This document shows positions 1-9,488 of a DNA stretch of 34,096 nt, piece by piece. The DNA is from Saprolegnia diclina VS20 (taxonomy: Eukaryota): NCBI RefSeq assembly GCF_000281045.1, contig NW_008246163.1:1-34096 (forward strand). The letters are read 5' to 3'. Under the pieces are notes generated by a model. It did not search any database. It was not told the DNA's origin and saw only the letters and a program-made list of their open reading frames with translations. The translations under genes and the position numbers were made by a program. The number at the start of each line of letters is the position of its first letter. The stretch's first letter is position 1.

Positions 1-122
1 CGTAGGTTCATGCATGGATTCTGCATGAGTACAGTGCAGCTCGTATAATGAGACTAGAGGAGAGCAGCTGCTGGTGTACTTGGGACGCCAGGTATAGCTC
101 CAGGTATGCACATTCTTTCATT

Positions 123-994
123 AGTGGGGTTCTAGTCAGGGTTCTAGTTGGCCATCAAACCTTGATGGAATGACGAACGGGTCCAATCCAGCGATCTCAT
201 TGGCTAAAACTCCTGCAAAATTCAAAAGTTCCATCAAGCTCCATCAACCATCAAAACTACGAACTGGCTACTTTCATCACTCAGAACGCCAAATGCTCCA
301 TCAACAAAAAGGCTGATGGAACGTTTGATGGAAAAACGGGTCAAACGGGTGTCAGAGTCGCATGCCATCTTATTGGCGATTAAATCTCCATAGTGAGCGG
401 CGCAACCATATCGATTTCTTCTTGGGTAGCGCCTGCCTTCTTCAAGGCCTCCCGGGCTTGGGCCATCATCTCAATGGCCGCAAACTTTGCGTGCACGAGC
501 TTGGCATCCGCGAGAGTCGTCTCCATCGCTAAACGCGCTTTCTCCATAGCTACGCGCTCAGTCTCCAGGTCGAGGCGTCTTTCCTCGGCGACTAAGCGAC
601 CCTTCTCGATGGCGGAAGGATCGCCAGTCAAGCTCGAGAGCGCGGCCATGACGTCCTTGCTCTTGACGCGCTTCGACGGAGAGGTCGAAACAAAGACCCT
701 ACGTTTGCCTTGGCTGGGAGCGCGGCTGGTCGTGGTAAAGGGTAGACCCGGCATGCGAACGCTAGCCGTTGTGCGCTCAGACGCCGAAGCACGGGGTGAG
801 GCAGGACGCGGGATCGTCGGCGGCACGCGCTGTATCATCATCGGTCATCAAAGTGGGGTTCAAGCTGATCTTTTTTGATGGAAATGTACTTGGCGTCACC
901 CTTTTTTTCGGCACTTCTGATTGGACAAAAATTGGCGAATTGTTTTTCCATCAAGCCGTTCCATCAAGATTTGATGGTCATCTTGAATCCCACT
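123..994. mobile_element. Non-autonomous TIR DNA transposon (PIF/Harbinger-superfamily-like) with imperfect ~36-bp terminal inverted repeats
   Basis: Left end AGTGGGGTTCTAGT(+12-bp duplication)TGGCCATCAAACCTTGATGGAA (123-170) matches the reverse complement of 959-994, AGTGGGATTCAAGATGACCATCAAATCTTGATGGAA. ATT flanks both sides (120-122, 995-997) as a possible 3-bp TSD; TA|...|TA is an alternative reading. CCATCAA/TTGATGG sites cluster at both ends. Confidence 0.6.
380..841 (-). CDS. Coiled-coil ORF inside the TIR element; probably the C-terminal remnant of a transposon accessory (Myb/SANT-associated) protein
   Basis: 153-aa ORF with a basic patch (KRRV..SKRVKSK), a coiled coil (EERRLDLETERVAMEKARLAME) and an AREALKKAGATQEEIDMV tail. 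No transposase motif is visible and the 5' end is uncertain. Confidence 0.4.
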   Translation of the reverse strand: MMIQRVPPTIPRPASPRASASERTTASVRMPGLPFTTTSRAPSQGKRRVFVSTSPSKRVKSKDVMAALSSLTGDPSAIEKGRLVAEERRLDLETERVAMEKARLAMETTLADAKLVHAKFAAIEMMAQAREALKKAGATQEEIDMVAPLTMEI

Positions 995-1194
995 ATTGCA
1001 AAGTTCTCGCCCTGCACTGCCTCTCGTTGCCCCGACTTCTGGTAGCAGCCTCCGACCAGAAATACCAGAGAATGACCAGAGGCTTAGGCGACCAGATGCA
1101 GATGAAAGCAGGCAAGCTTTCGACAATTGACGGAAAGCAGCTGCACTGTCTACGCTTATGGCATGAAAGCATGCATCCCGCGTGCAGCTTGACA

Positions 1195-1211
1195 TCATTT
1201 CCGATTTTGCC
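1195..1211 (+). promoter_or_regulatory. Oomycete INR+FPR core promoter
   Basis: TCATTTCCGATTTTGCC ends 25 nt upstream of the ATG at 1236 and fits the YCAYTYY-n-MWTTTNC consensus. Confidence 0.65.
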
Positions 1212-1235
1212 AACTTCAAAGAAAGCACAAGCATC

Positions 1236-1556
1236 ATGATGGCCCCGATCGCTCTCCTCCTCGCCATTGCCATTGCGCTCGCCCCTCAAGATGCGCACGC
1301 CGAGACCAGCGTCGCAAACAAAGTGAACGATGTCGACCCCTGGATTTTTGACCCCAGCCAGTGGTCCAACTTCCATGCTGCAAACCCCAACGCCGACGAC
1401 GATGGCTCCGAGGCGCCGAAGCCGGTGGGCGATGTCGACCCCTCGATTTATGACCCCAACCAGTGGTCCAACTTTCATGCTGCCAACCCGAACGCGGATG
1501 GAGTGGCCTCGGACACACCCGTAATGTCGCCTGCGGCCCCATCGCCCGCGCACTAG
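1236..1556 (+). CDS. Small secreted acidic protein (106 aa) with two 23-aa repeats
   Basis: Signal peptide MMAPIALLLAIAIALAPQDAHA. Repeats DVDPWIFDPSQWSNFHAANPNAD (1329-1397) and DVDPSIYDPNQWSNFHAANPNAD (1431-1499). INR+FPR upstream; GC-rich third codon positions. Confidence 0.8.
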   Translation: MMAPIALLLAIAIALAPQDAHAETSVANKVNDVDPWIFDPSQWSNFHAANPNADDDGSEAPKPVGDVDPSIYDPNQWSNFHAANPNADGVASDTPVMSPAAPSPAH

Positions 1557-2461
1557 TGTGTGTGCTTCTCGTGTGTCAACAAACCTTTTACGTAAAAACA
1601 TAACTTCATTGTGCCATTCATCGCAAAGGAGTTTGAGCAACGCAGATTTAATTTCTCAAAACTTGCATACTACGTACACGTAGCACGCGCGGGACATTCG
1701 TCGCAAACCACGACCACGATGAATTCCATGGAGCGGTTCGAGAGATGCGCGCTGTCACTGCTCGCAACTTGGACCTTGTATCCGACTTTTGGAACCAACT
1801 GGGTCACGTTCTTTATAGTTCCATCCGGATGTTGCCTCACTTGGGGTCCGGTCCGCATGCACTGCCGAACGTCACATCGAGCAATTGTATCATCGAAGTG
1901 ATATCGGAGTTCACGCTGCACTGTACAGTAGTACTATAAGAATCTCGAAGTATTGCTGATGGCTGCAATCTTAGTTTGGGACGTATTCCTCCGAGAGCGT
2001 CCATGTCGAAATTCGCTCGGCATATTGGGAACTGCTTTTGATTCTTATGACAAGCCTACGCTTAGCATCGAAACGCACACAATGTACACTGCTCAATTTT
2101 TTTGTGTAAATATCGCGTACTAGTAGTTTGTTTGTTATCCGTCGCCAGGATGATCGCCATGATCGCCACTGCCCTCCATTTCGAGGCGACCCAGAGGGGA
2201 TCTATTTTATTCCATACAGATTTCAAGTATTCAATAAACAATTGCGGTGACCTACACTCCGACAAAACACGTGGCAGCCGGTGCAAGCAGGAAAGACGGA
2301 CGAACGCCGTTCCACGAGACGACGTCCAGCTGGTGAGCAAAAACTCTCAAATGTCAAGGAGATCGAGTCTGCCTGCTGTACCGGTATACTGGATCTTGTC
2401 GTCGAAGGCGGTATACAGCGGACTAGCTAGAGTGCTAACACGACTAGAGTCTCCGTGATGG

Positions 2462-2477
2462 TCATTTTCCAACTTTC
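2462..2477 (+). promoter_or_regulatory. Oomycete INR+FPR core promoter
   Basis: TCATTTTCCAACTTTC about 24 nt upstream of the ATG at 2501. Confidence 0.6.
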
Positions 2478-2500
2478 TTCGTTGCGACCCTTTCCGCATC

Positions 2501-4372
2501 ATGCTGGCCCCGACTGCGCTTTTGCTCGGCATTGCGCTGACGTTGTACCCGGGCGACGTCGCTGCGCTCGAGGCCAACAATGGCAACTTTGACAACTGGA
2601 ACACCAACCAGTGGGGCAATTTTCAAGCTCAAAACCCAACGATCAACAACAACAACAATGCCCAAGTTTGGGACGACAACAACCGGCTCCACAGCACTCC
2701 AGCCGTCGGTCCCGAGAACGGCTGGAACAACGGGGGACGCAACCCCGTGCCGTGCCCGGATGGACCGACCCGACCACCGACGCCTTGGACGCGTGCGCCT
2801 TGTCCGGATGAGCCGACGCAGCCACCGGCACCGTGGACGCGAGCACCGTGCCCCGATGAGCCGACTCGCACGCCTTGCCCTTCGCGCACCACTGCACCGT
2901 GCCCGACGACGTCGTTTCCTCCGTGCCCTACGGCTCCTTCTACCAGCAAGCCATGCCCGACGAAGACTCCGTGCCCAACAAAGACACCGTGCCCGACAAC
3001 AACGCCATGGACAACGACGACGCAACCGCCTTTGCCGCCTGTTCCGACTTGGACACCACGTCCGACGCAAACACCGAGCCCTCCGACGCCAACCTCAACG
3101 CCTTCATCGACTCCGACGCCGGTGCCAACCCAAACGCCATCGCCGACGCCAACGCAAACGCCTCCAGCTCCGTACCCGACGACTCCCGCGCCAAGCCAGA
3201 CACCGACGCCGACAACGACGATGCCGGTGACCAAGCCCCCGACACCGACACCGACGCAAACAACTTGGTCGCCGACGCCTCCGGTCACGACACAGCCTGT
3301 GTCGACGCAAACACCGTCGCCGACTCCAACGACAACGCAAACTCCTCCAACTCCGTACCCGACGACTCCCGCGCCAAGTCAGACGCCGACGCCGACCACG
3401 ACGATACCGGTGACCAAGCCCCCGACACCGACACCGACGCAAACAACTTGGTCGCCAACGCCTCCGACCCCAACTCAGCCCGTGCCGACAGTATCGCCCA
3501 CGCAAACGCCTTGCTCGCCGATGCCCCCGATTCCGACGTATCCGGCTCCTACACAGCCTCAACCGACGCCAAGCTTCCCGCCGCAGCCCAACCCGACGCC
3601 AAGCCCAACAGTGCCGGGTCCGACGCCCAGTAACCCGTCGCCGAAGCCTACCGCACCGGGTCCATCGCCCCCTGCCCCGGGGCCAACGCCGGCTACAACG
3701 ACGCCGTCGCCCAAGCCCGGTCCGACCCCCGTGTACCCGCCACTTCCGACTGTGCCTGGCGTTTCGACTCCGTCGCCATCAACGCCGGGGTACCCCACGC
3801 CGAACCCGATTTTGACGCCGATTCCACCGTTTACTATTTCACCGACAGTCACGACCGTGAGCCCGGGGACGCCGACGCCGTCTGGCGGCACTTGCCAGTG
3901 GAAGTACGTGTGCGACGGATGCCGCGACTGGTTTTCGCAGTGCGGCGGGATTGGCTACAGTGGCCTGACAACGTGCCCCGCAGGCTCGATGTGCCAAATC
4001 CTTTCGCCGCAGTACTCGCAGTGTGTACCCACCGACTCGACCGCCCACGGCAAATCGTGCGTCGCGCGCGATGGCACCATGGACACCAAGGCATGCTCCG
4101 CAGGCTACACGTGCGAATGGATGGGACCTGGTATCGCTCAGTGCCATCGCCGCACCACCAGCTGCAACCAGCCCAACCCGGTCCCAACGCCTGCGTTGTC
4201 GACACCCCAGCCGAACCCGGTCCCAACGCCGGCAAGCTCTGTGCCAACGGCAACGCCAGCCACGACGCAACCAGCGTACGCTGCCAACCAACAAACCAGC
4301 GCTGCGAGTGGGGTCTTGGCCTTGTCGGCCAGCGTCGCTGCCCTTGCGGGCGTTGCTACATACCTCTTTTAA
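2501..4372 (+). CDS. Secreted, probably GPI-anchored Pro/Thr-rich mucin-like protein with a CBM1 cellulose-binding domain (623 aa)
   Basis: Signal peptide, Asn-rich head, PCP repeats and a long PT stalk. CBM1 signature [32 protein letters not shown] at ~3928-4024, followed by a second degenerate CBM1-like unit ([17 protein letters not shown]). Hydrophobic C-terminus [24 protein letters not shown]. Confidence 0.9.
   Translation: MLAPTALLLGIALTLYPGDVAALEANNGNFDNWNTNQWGNFQAQNPTINNNNNAQVWDDNNRLHSTPAVGPENGWNNGGRNPVPCPDGPTRPPTPWTRAPCPDEPTQPPAPWTRAPCPDEPTRTPCPSRTTAPCPTTSFPPCPTAPSTSKPCPTKTPCPTKTPCPTTTPWTTTTQPPLPPVPTWTPRPTQTPSPPTPTSTPSSTPTPVPTQTPSPTPTQTPPAPYPTTPAPSQTPTPTTTMPVTKPPTPTPTQTTWSPTPPVTTQPVSTQTPSPTPTTTQTPPTPYPTTPAPSQTPTPTTTIPVTKPPTPTPTQTTWSPTPPTPTQPVPTVSPTQTPCSPMPPIPTYPAPTQPQPTPSFPPQPNPTPSPTVPGPTPSNPSPKPTAPGPSPPAPGPTPATTTPSPKPGPTPVYPPLPTVPGVSTPSPSTPGYPTPNPILTPIPPFTISPTVTTVSPGTPTPSGGTCQWKYVCDGCRDWFSQCGGIGYSGLTTCPAGSMCQILSPQYSQCVPTDSTAHGKSCVARDGTMDTKACSAGYTCEWMGPGIAQCHRRTTSCNQPNPVPTPALSTPQPNPVPTPASSVPTATPATTQPAYAANQQTSAASGVLALSASVAALAGVATYLF
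3130..3470 (+). repeat. Intragenic ~180-bp tandem duplication in the mucin stalk
   Basis: TQTPSPTP(TT)[42 protein letters not shown] occurs twice with near-identical DNA. Confidence 0.85.
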
Positions 4373-5283
4373 GCTTGCTTGCACGATCTGCGCATCTACG
4401 TGATCACATACAGTAGTTGTTTCGATATATTCCTTCACACTGTCAATTCATGTTGTTTCACATCAAACCTCTCTCGCTTTTTCAACGCCTGACGTGAGTG
4501 CCACGACGTTAGCATGCTGAAACATAAAGCCACTATTTGGTCCAGTCTTGTATAGATGTGGTCTTCAACTCGCAGCAACACCGTGTCGTTGTTTAAAGCA
4601 CTTCTTTATGGGCAAAGCTCGCGAGCAGTAAAACGTTTGGACTGGCACTGAGTATCAGGCTGGTCCAACCGAATCAATTCTGGTTGTGTTGTCTTGTCGA
4701 TAATGTGCACTGTAGTTACGACAACACAACCTCCGGGATGCGTCGCGTACGAGCGCGACTCCGTTGTCGCATCCGCATTTTGTACTGCGTTCATGTTGCG
4801 AGCTCTGAACACAAGAATTGGCGACCAAAGCTCTTTCGCAGCGCATCGTGTTTCGCCATGGACCCATTATCAAGGCGTTCAATGCCACCGCTAGACTCGA
4901 AGTTCGAACGTTCGCAGTACGTAATCAAGCTGGGTCGTGGCGACACAATCCTCGCATTCAGGGTTTGTTTCATGCAACGGACGATCACTCTCAAACAACA
5001 AATGCTCCGTCATGGTACTACGTCCAGCGGACTGCGTCCTGCACCAATGTCCGTGCAATCGCTCATAACAACACCCGAGCTCGCAGCTGTCCTCTGTGTC
5101 GGCGGTCGTCAAGTAGGCTTCTGGAGGTCTTTTGTATCCCTTTCAGCAGCGTGAGCGACGTCAGCTGCGTCGATGGGGCGCTTCCAGCGCATAACACGTC
5201 AGGACTTTTTCATTCAACGGCACTGTAGAAGTGTAAAAAGGATGCAAAATACCATGTCTCGTCATTAAATAAGTCGTCGAGGT

Positions 5284-6615
5284 TTACGCCGCGTTGACGT
5301 GAAGGTGGCGGAGGCGCTTTACGAGCGGAAACCCGTCGCAAATAGAGAGCGTCTCGAAGCACTCGTCGCCTTCGCTGCTAGCCGCGTCATCCATCTCGTC
5401 GTCGTCGTCATCCTCATCGTCGTCGGTCGTTGGCCACGCAAAGTCGAGTGTATCGAGCGCGTCCAGCTGCTTGGGCGTCAAGAGCGACCGGTTGCGCTGG
5501 AGGTCCGTGATGAGGTCCGCGAGGCGCATGTGCCATGTCTTCTTTGGCCACTCGAAATCGTCCTTTGGGACGCGGAACGTCTCGGGTACATGCAGATTGC
5601 CAAACCGGCGAAAGTACACTTGGAGCGCGAGGAGCTTCATGTCCCAGCTCAGCGTCACCGAGTGCCACACAAACCCGATCGCGTTGAGCTGGTCCTTGCG
5701 AGCCTGCGAGAGCTCTTTGGTGTTTTGGCGGATGTTGTGCACCGCGTGGCCGAGCTTCATGCCACCCGCGTCCTTGGGCCAGTCCGCACCATGCTTGGGC
5801 ACGATAAAGCCGTACGGGACATTGAGGTGGCCGTGTATGGTCTTGTACGCGCGGAGCGCAGTCACCTTGGCCTCCCAGCTGAGCTCGAGGTAGTCCCACA
5901 CAAACCCGAGCTCCATGAGCTGCGCCTTGCGCTCCGGCGCCATCTCGTCGGCGTTCTGGCGAATGTTGTGCACAGCGTGCCCGAGCTTGAGGTTCCACGT
6001 CTCGGGCGGCCAGATGTGCGCGTCGGACGGCACCTTGAAGCTGTACGCGACGAGGAGGTCACCGCGGAGTGCCTTGTACGTGCGCAATGCGAGGAGCTTT
6101 GTGTCCCAGCTGAGCTCGAGCACATTCCAGACAAAGCCCATGGCCGAGAGCTGCGCATAGCGCGGCGACTGCACGTCGGTCTTTTGGCGGATGCTGCGCA
6201 CAGCGAGGCCGAGGCGCATGCCCCACAGGTCGCATGGCCACGACGCGTCATCGAACGGAACGCGAAAGTCCTGCGGAATACAGAGGTCGCCGTGGAGGCC
6301 CTTGTACGTCTCGAGTGCGATGAGCTTGAGCTCCCACTTGAGCTCGTTGACGTCAAAGACAAAGTTGATGGCAGTGAGCGCCGCAATCGTCTCGGGATGC
6401 AGCGTTCCGTTCTTGTAGTGCGTGCGTACTTGGGCCGTATTGAGCTTTGTGCCCCGGAGGTGCCCCGGCCACGGGTGCTCGTTGGGAATCGTATAAAACT
6501 TTGGAAACGTTGTAAACGACGCCGACGTCATGCCGTGGAAGAGCGTCGCCGCCTCGACAAACGTCGAGAAGCGGCGCGGCACCTGCTCGTCACGCTTGCG
6601 CTTTGGGGTACCCAT
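5284..6615 (-). CDS. Helicase-associated (HA, PF03457-like) tandem-repeat protein, oomycete type
   Basis: Start MGTPKRKRD at 6615, chosen because an INR+FPR lies at 6651-6666. One divergent repeat plus four 76-77-aa repeats W..K..AL..Y...G.L.VP..F.VP.....WP...W...LG..V..IRQ......L...GFVW, then an acidic tail. Confidence 0.85.
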   Translation of the reverse strand: MGTPKRKRDEQVPRRFSTFVEAATLFHGMTSASFTTFPKFYTIPNEHPWPGHLRGTKLNTAQVRTHYKNGTLHPETIAALTAINFVFDVNELKWELKLIALETYKGLHGDLCIPQDFRVPFDDASWPCDLWGMRLGLAVRSIRQKTDVQSPRYAQLSAMGFVWNVLELSWDTKLLALRTYKALRGDLLVAYSFKVPSDAHIWPPETWNLKLGHAVHNIRQNADEMAPERKAQLMELGFVWDYLELSWEAKVTALRAYKTIHGHLNVPYGFIVPKHGADWPKDAGGMKLGHAVHNIRQNTKELSQARKDQLNAIGFVWHSVTLSWDMKLLALQVYFRRFGNLHVPETFRVPKDDFEWPKKTWHMRLADLITDLQRNRSLLTPKQLDALDTLDFAWPTTDDDEDDDDDEMDDAASSEGDECFETLSICDGFPLVKRLRHLHVNAA

Positions 6616-6650
6616 GATGATGCCGAGATTGCAGTTGTAGCAACGCGCTG

Positions 6651-6666
6651 GAAATCCGAAAATGAC
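6651..6666 (-). promoter_or_regulatory. Oomycete INR+FPR core promoter
   Basis: Minus strand GTCATTTTCGGATTTC about 36 nt upstream of the ATG at 6615, preceded by an AT-rich tract (6695-6737). Confidence 0.65.
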
Positions 6667-8353
6667 ATTGCCAGACGTGCGCCATCGTGTGTGTATTTTA
6701 TTATTCTTTTTATATTTTATTACGTTGTATATTTTTAGCGCCACGTGTTTCTCAAGAGATGTCCAAGCGCCGAAGGATTTTGGAGTGGTGCCGAATTCTG
6801 CGCGGGGTTGCTTTGGCCTTGGTTGGTGGCGCTTTTTATCGTGGCTACTGCGCGACGTGCGTGCCTTCAGGTATCAAGTTGTGAAATTCCCTCCCACGAC
6901 CGTGCAACGGTTGTGAGCTTAGGAACGCGTGGGAGCAACAATCCAAAGGATGCCTTGCCGTGGATCAAAGGCGCCTCCTTGCCCAAATCGGCAGGACTGG
7001 GCCCAATCTGTGCCAACAATCTGCCATTGGGCGTGAGAACCTCGGCCTTTCAACGTTGCACCGTGGCCACGGGCGCACGGTTGCAATCACTATCATAATT
7101 TCTCGCAGCTGATCGCTATTTGGTTGGTGGGAGAGCACTCGGTTCAGTGCTACGATAGCCGAACTCTATCACGGCAGGGTGCTGAGAGGGCAGGAGGTAC
7201 AATGCATTGACCGGAAATCGCGTTGGTCTTTTGCGGTTGGGATGCAGCAACTCGCAAGAAATGATAGGGACGTTGGGAAGAACATGGGAAACATGGATCG
7301 TGATGTGCTACGGTTGAATTAAAATAATGCAAAAATGAAAACTGCAGGGTCGTTGCATGTGATCACGGACTGTGACACGGAAAATATATTGTTCATTTAA
7401 TTAAACTACGTCCGCGATCCTGCACGAAAACGACTTGTTTTTTGTATGCAACGACCCTTGGCAGCAGCTGGATTCGTTTACTACAGTATTCAAGAAGCCC
7501 GATATCCCCACTTCGGTGCTCCGTAATCAACTAGTACTTCCTTCCACACACAACGTCCAGCCAAGCACCGGAGGAGAAAGATTTGCGGTGTATTTGGTTA
7601 TGATTAGCCATGGGACGCCGGATGACTGGTCGCACTCGTCACCAAGCCGCCGTCGCTGCTTGTCGTCGCATACCAATTCAAACGATGGCCGTGTACAGGG
7701 TCGAGAGTTGCAGTTCTCTTGGCCCGAAGTATTGCGCCATCGCAAGAACCGTCTCTGGGTCATCCCACTCTTTTCAGTGGCGAGATGTCACCATTGTACT
7801 GGGACGCTCGAAGTTCGAAGTCTTTTTTGAGGATCCAGCAACATCGGAATCTAAGCTTGCACCCCGCGCCAATCGAAACGAACAACCATTGCGCCTATCA
7901 GCGGCTGCAATCACTAGCGACGATGTGGCCGTTGCACGCGTTTGTGAGCGAAAAATTGGGCGAGATCGCTGTGCTCATTGAAGCTGCTGCGTCGAGAACG
8001 CACGAGCGATTGCAAAATCCACCACGCCGATACCGCAAGACGAGCCACATTCATTACTGCGTGATGCTTGCCCATGTCCGTTGGATGTCGGTATGGACGT
8101 TGGGGCGAGAAATATCGCGTACAGTGCGCACGCGATCACACCGTCAGACTCGCCTGATACTGTAGTCGGACTTACCCTGGTAGCAGGCCCCTCTTAGGGC
8201 TTTTTGTTTGTGTTTTTGCTGATCGCAAGATTGATGATCGCGCTTGATAATTGCTTGGAAGACTCCGCGCTTGCACGGATCTCAAGTGAATGATGGTGGC
8301 AAGCTTTCTCGCGCCGATCGAACTTTTTTGCTTTTGCCAGCATCCATGCAAAT

Positions 8354-8762
8354 NNNNNNNNNNNNNNNNNNNNNNNNNNNNNNNNNNNNNNNNNNNNNNN
8401 NNNNNNNNNNNNNNNNNNNNNNNNNNNNNNNNNNNNNNNNNNNNNNNNNNNNNNNNNNNNNNNNNNNNNNNNNNNNNNNNNNNNNNNNNNNNNNNNNNNN
8501 NNNNNNNNNNNNNNNNNNNNNNNNNNNNNNNNNNNNNNNNNNNNNNNNNNNNNNNNNNNNNNNNNNNNNNNNNNNNNNNNNNNNNNNNNNNNNNNNNNNN
8601 NNNNNNNNNNNNNNNNNNNNNNNNNNNNNNNNNNNNNNNNNNNNNNNNNNNNNNNNNNNNNNNNNNNNNNNNNNNNNNNNNNNNNNNNNNNNNNNNNNNN
8701 NNNNNNNNNNNNNNNNNNNNNNNNNNNNNNNNNNNNNNNNNNNNNNNNNNNNNNNNNNNNNN
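8354..8762. other. Assembly gap
   Basis: Run of N. Confidence 1.
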
Positions 8763-9488
8763 CACCAATGCCTTGCAAAGGAAATTCGAGGCAGCGCAAC
8801 TACCCGGTACATGTGAGCTGCGACCAAAATACTATCCTGCTCGTTGAGGCAAGTAGTCAACGAGGCCAACGCACGCTGTGATAAACATGTACTAGTATCC
8901 GTTCTTCGTCACGCTAAAGACCTCCAGTCGCTGACGCCGCCTCAGTCACTGGCGTCTCTCGAGGACCGCAACAAACTGCGTAGATTTGCCGCGGATAGCC
9001 GAAGGCCTTTACGAAGCGTGCCTTCATGGGCCTCACTCGCGGCCACCAGCACCCAGAGACGGCGGCATCTCAGCGGGCGAATGAACGAATGAAGAAGTAG
9101 CTTGCTAGTCTCAACGGAAGCGAAGTCTTTGGAAAGCGACGGTAACACGAAACACGTTCATACATATATTTGCGCCATAGTCTAGTGTACGGTACTAGTA
9201 TTTCGGAGAGAGAGTCCCCAATCGATGGCTTCCTTTTGTATCAAGTGAGGCTCAAGATGTCAACAGACTGAAACATACACTATTACAGTGCTCTCATCTT
9301 GAATACTGTGGGATGAGACCAGAATGCAAACTTGTCTTGTGCTAGTATTCAGTGAGTAACACTATATCTTGTCAATCCTTAAGTCCGATTTTAGGAACCA
9401 AACAAGGCCTTTCCGCCCTAAATCCAGGGCGTTAAACGTCCAGGCGAACCTGGATGCAAAAAGGCGATCGGAACCGAAGAGAGCAAGC

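Noticed and set aside
1329..1499. Direct repeats with a spacer as a possible CRISPR array
   Set aside because: Only two 69-bp in-frame coding repeats in a eukaryotic gene; no cas genes.
2462..3891. Many overlapping ORFs (Arg-rich, Gly/Val-rich, Asp/Ala-rich) over the mucin gene
   Set aside because: They are alternative-frame shadows of a low-complexity Pro/Thr repeat.
4606..5228. Cluster of 60-156-aa ORFs between the mucin and HA genes; likewise 1611-2458, 7435-8165, 20850-21930 and 33641-34084
   Set aside because: Intergenic-like composition and no recognisable motifs; they may be old repeats but cannot be assigned.
5299..6738. 479-aa plus-strand ORF, and similar long ORFs at 11932-13302, 16770-18233, 19260-20480 and 25276-26661
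   Set aside because: Antisense shadows of GC3-rich real genes; no independent motifs.
6616..6744. N-terminal extension of the first HA ORF in the ORF track
   Set aside because: It runs through the INR+FPR and an AT-rich promoter, and the paralogue starts at the position equivalent to 6615.
8172..8869. ORFs spanning the first gap, and those at 23052-23569
   Set aside because: Artefacts of N runs.
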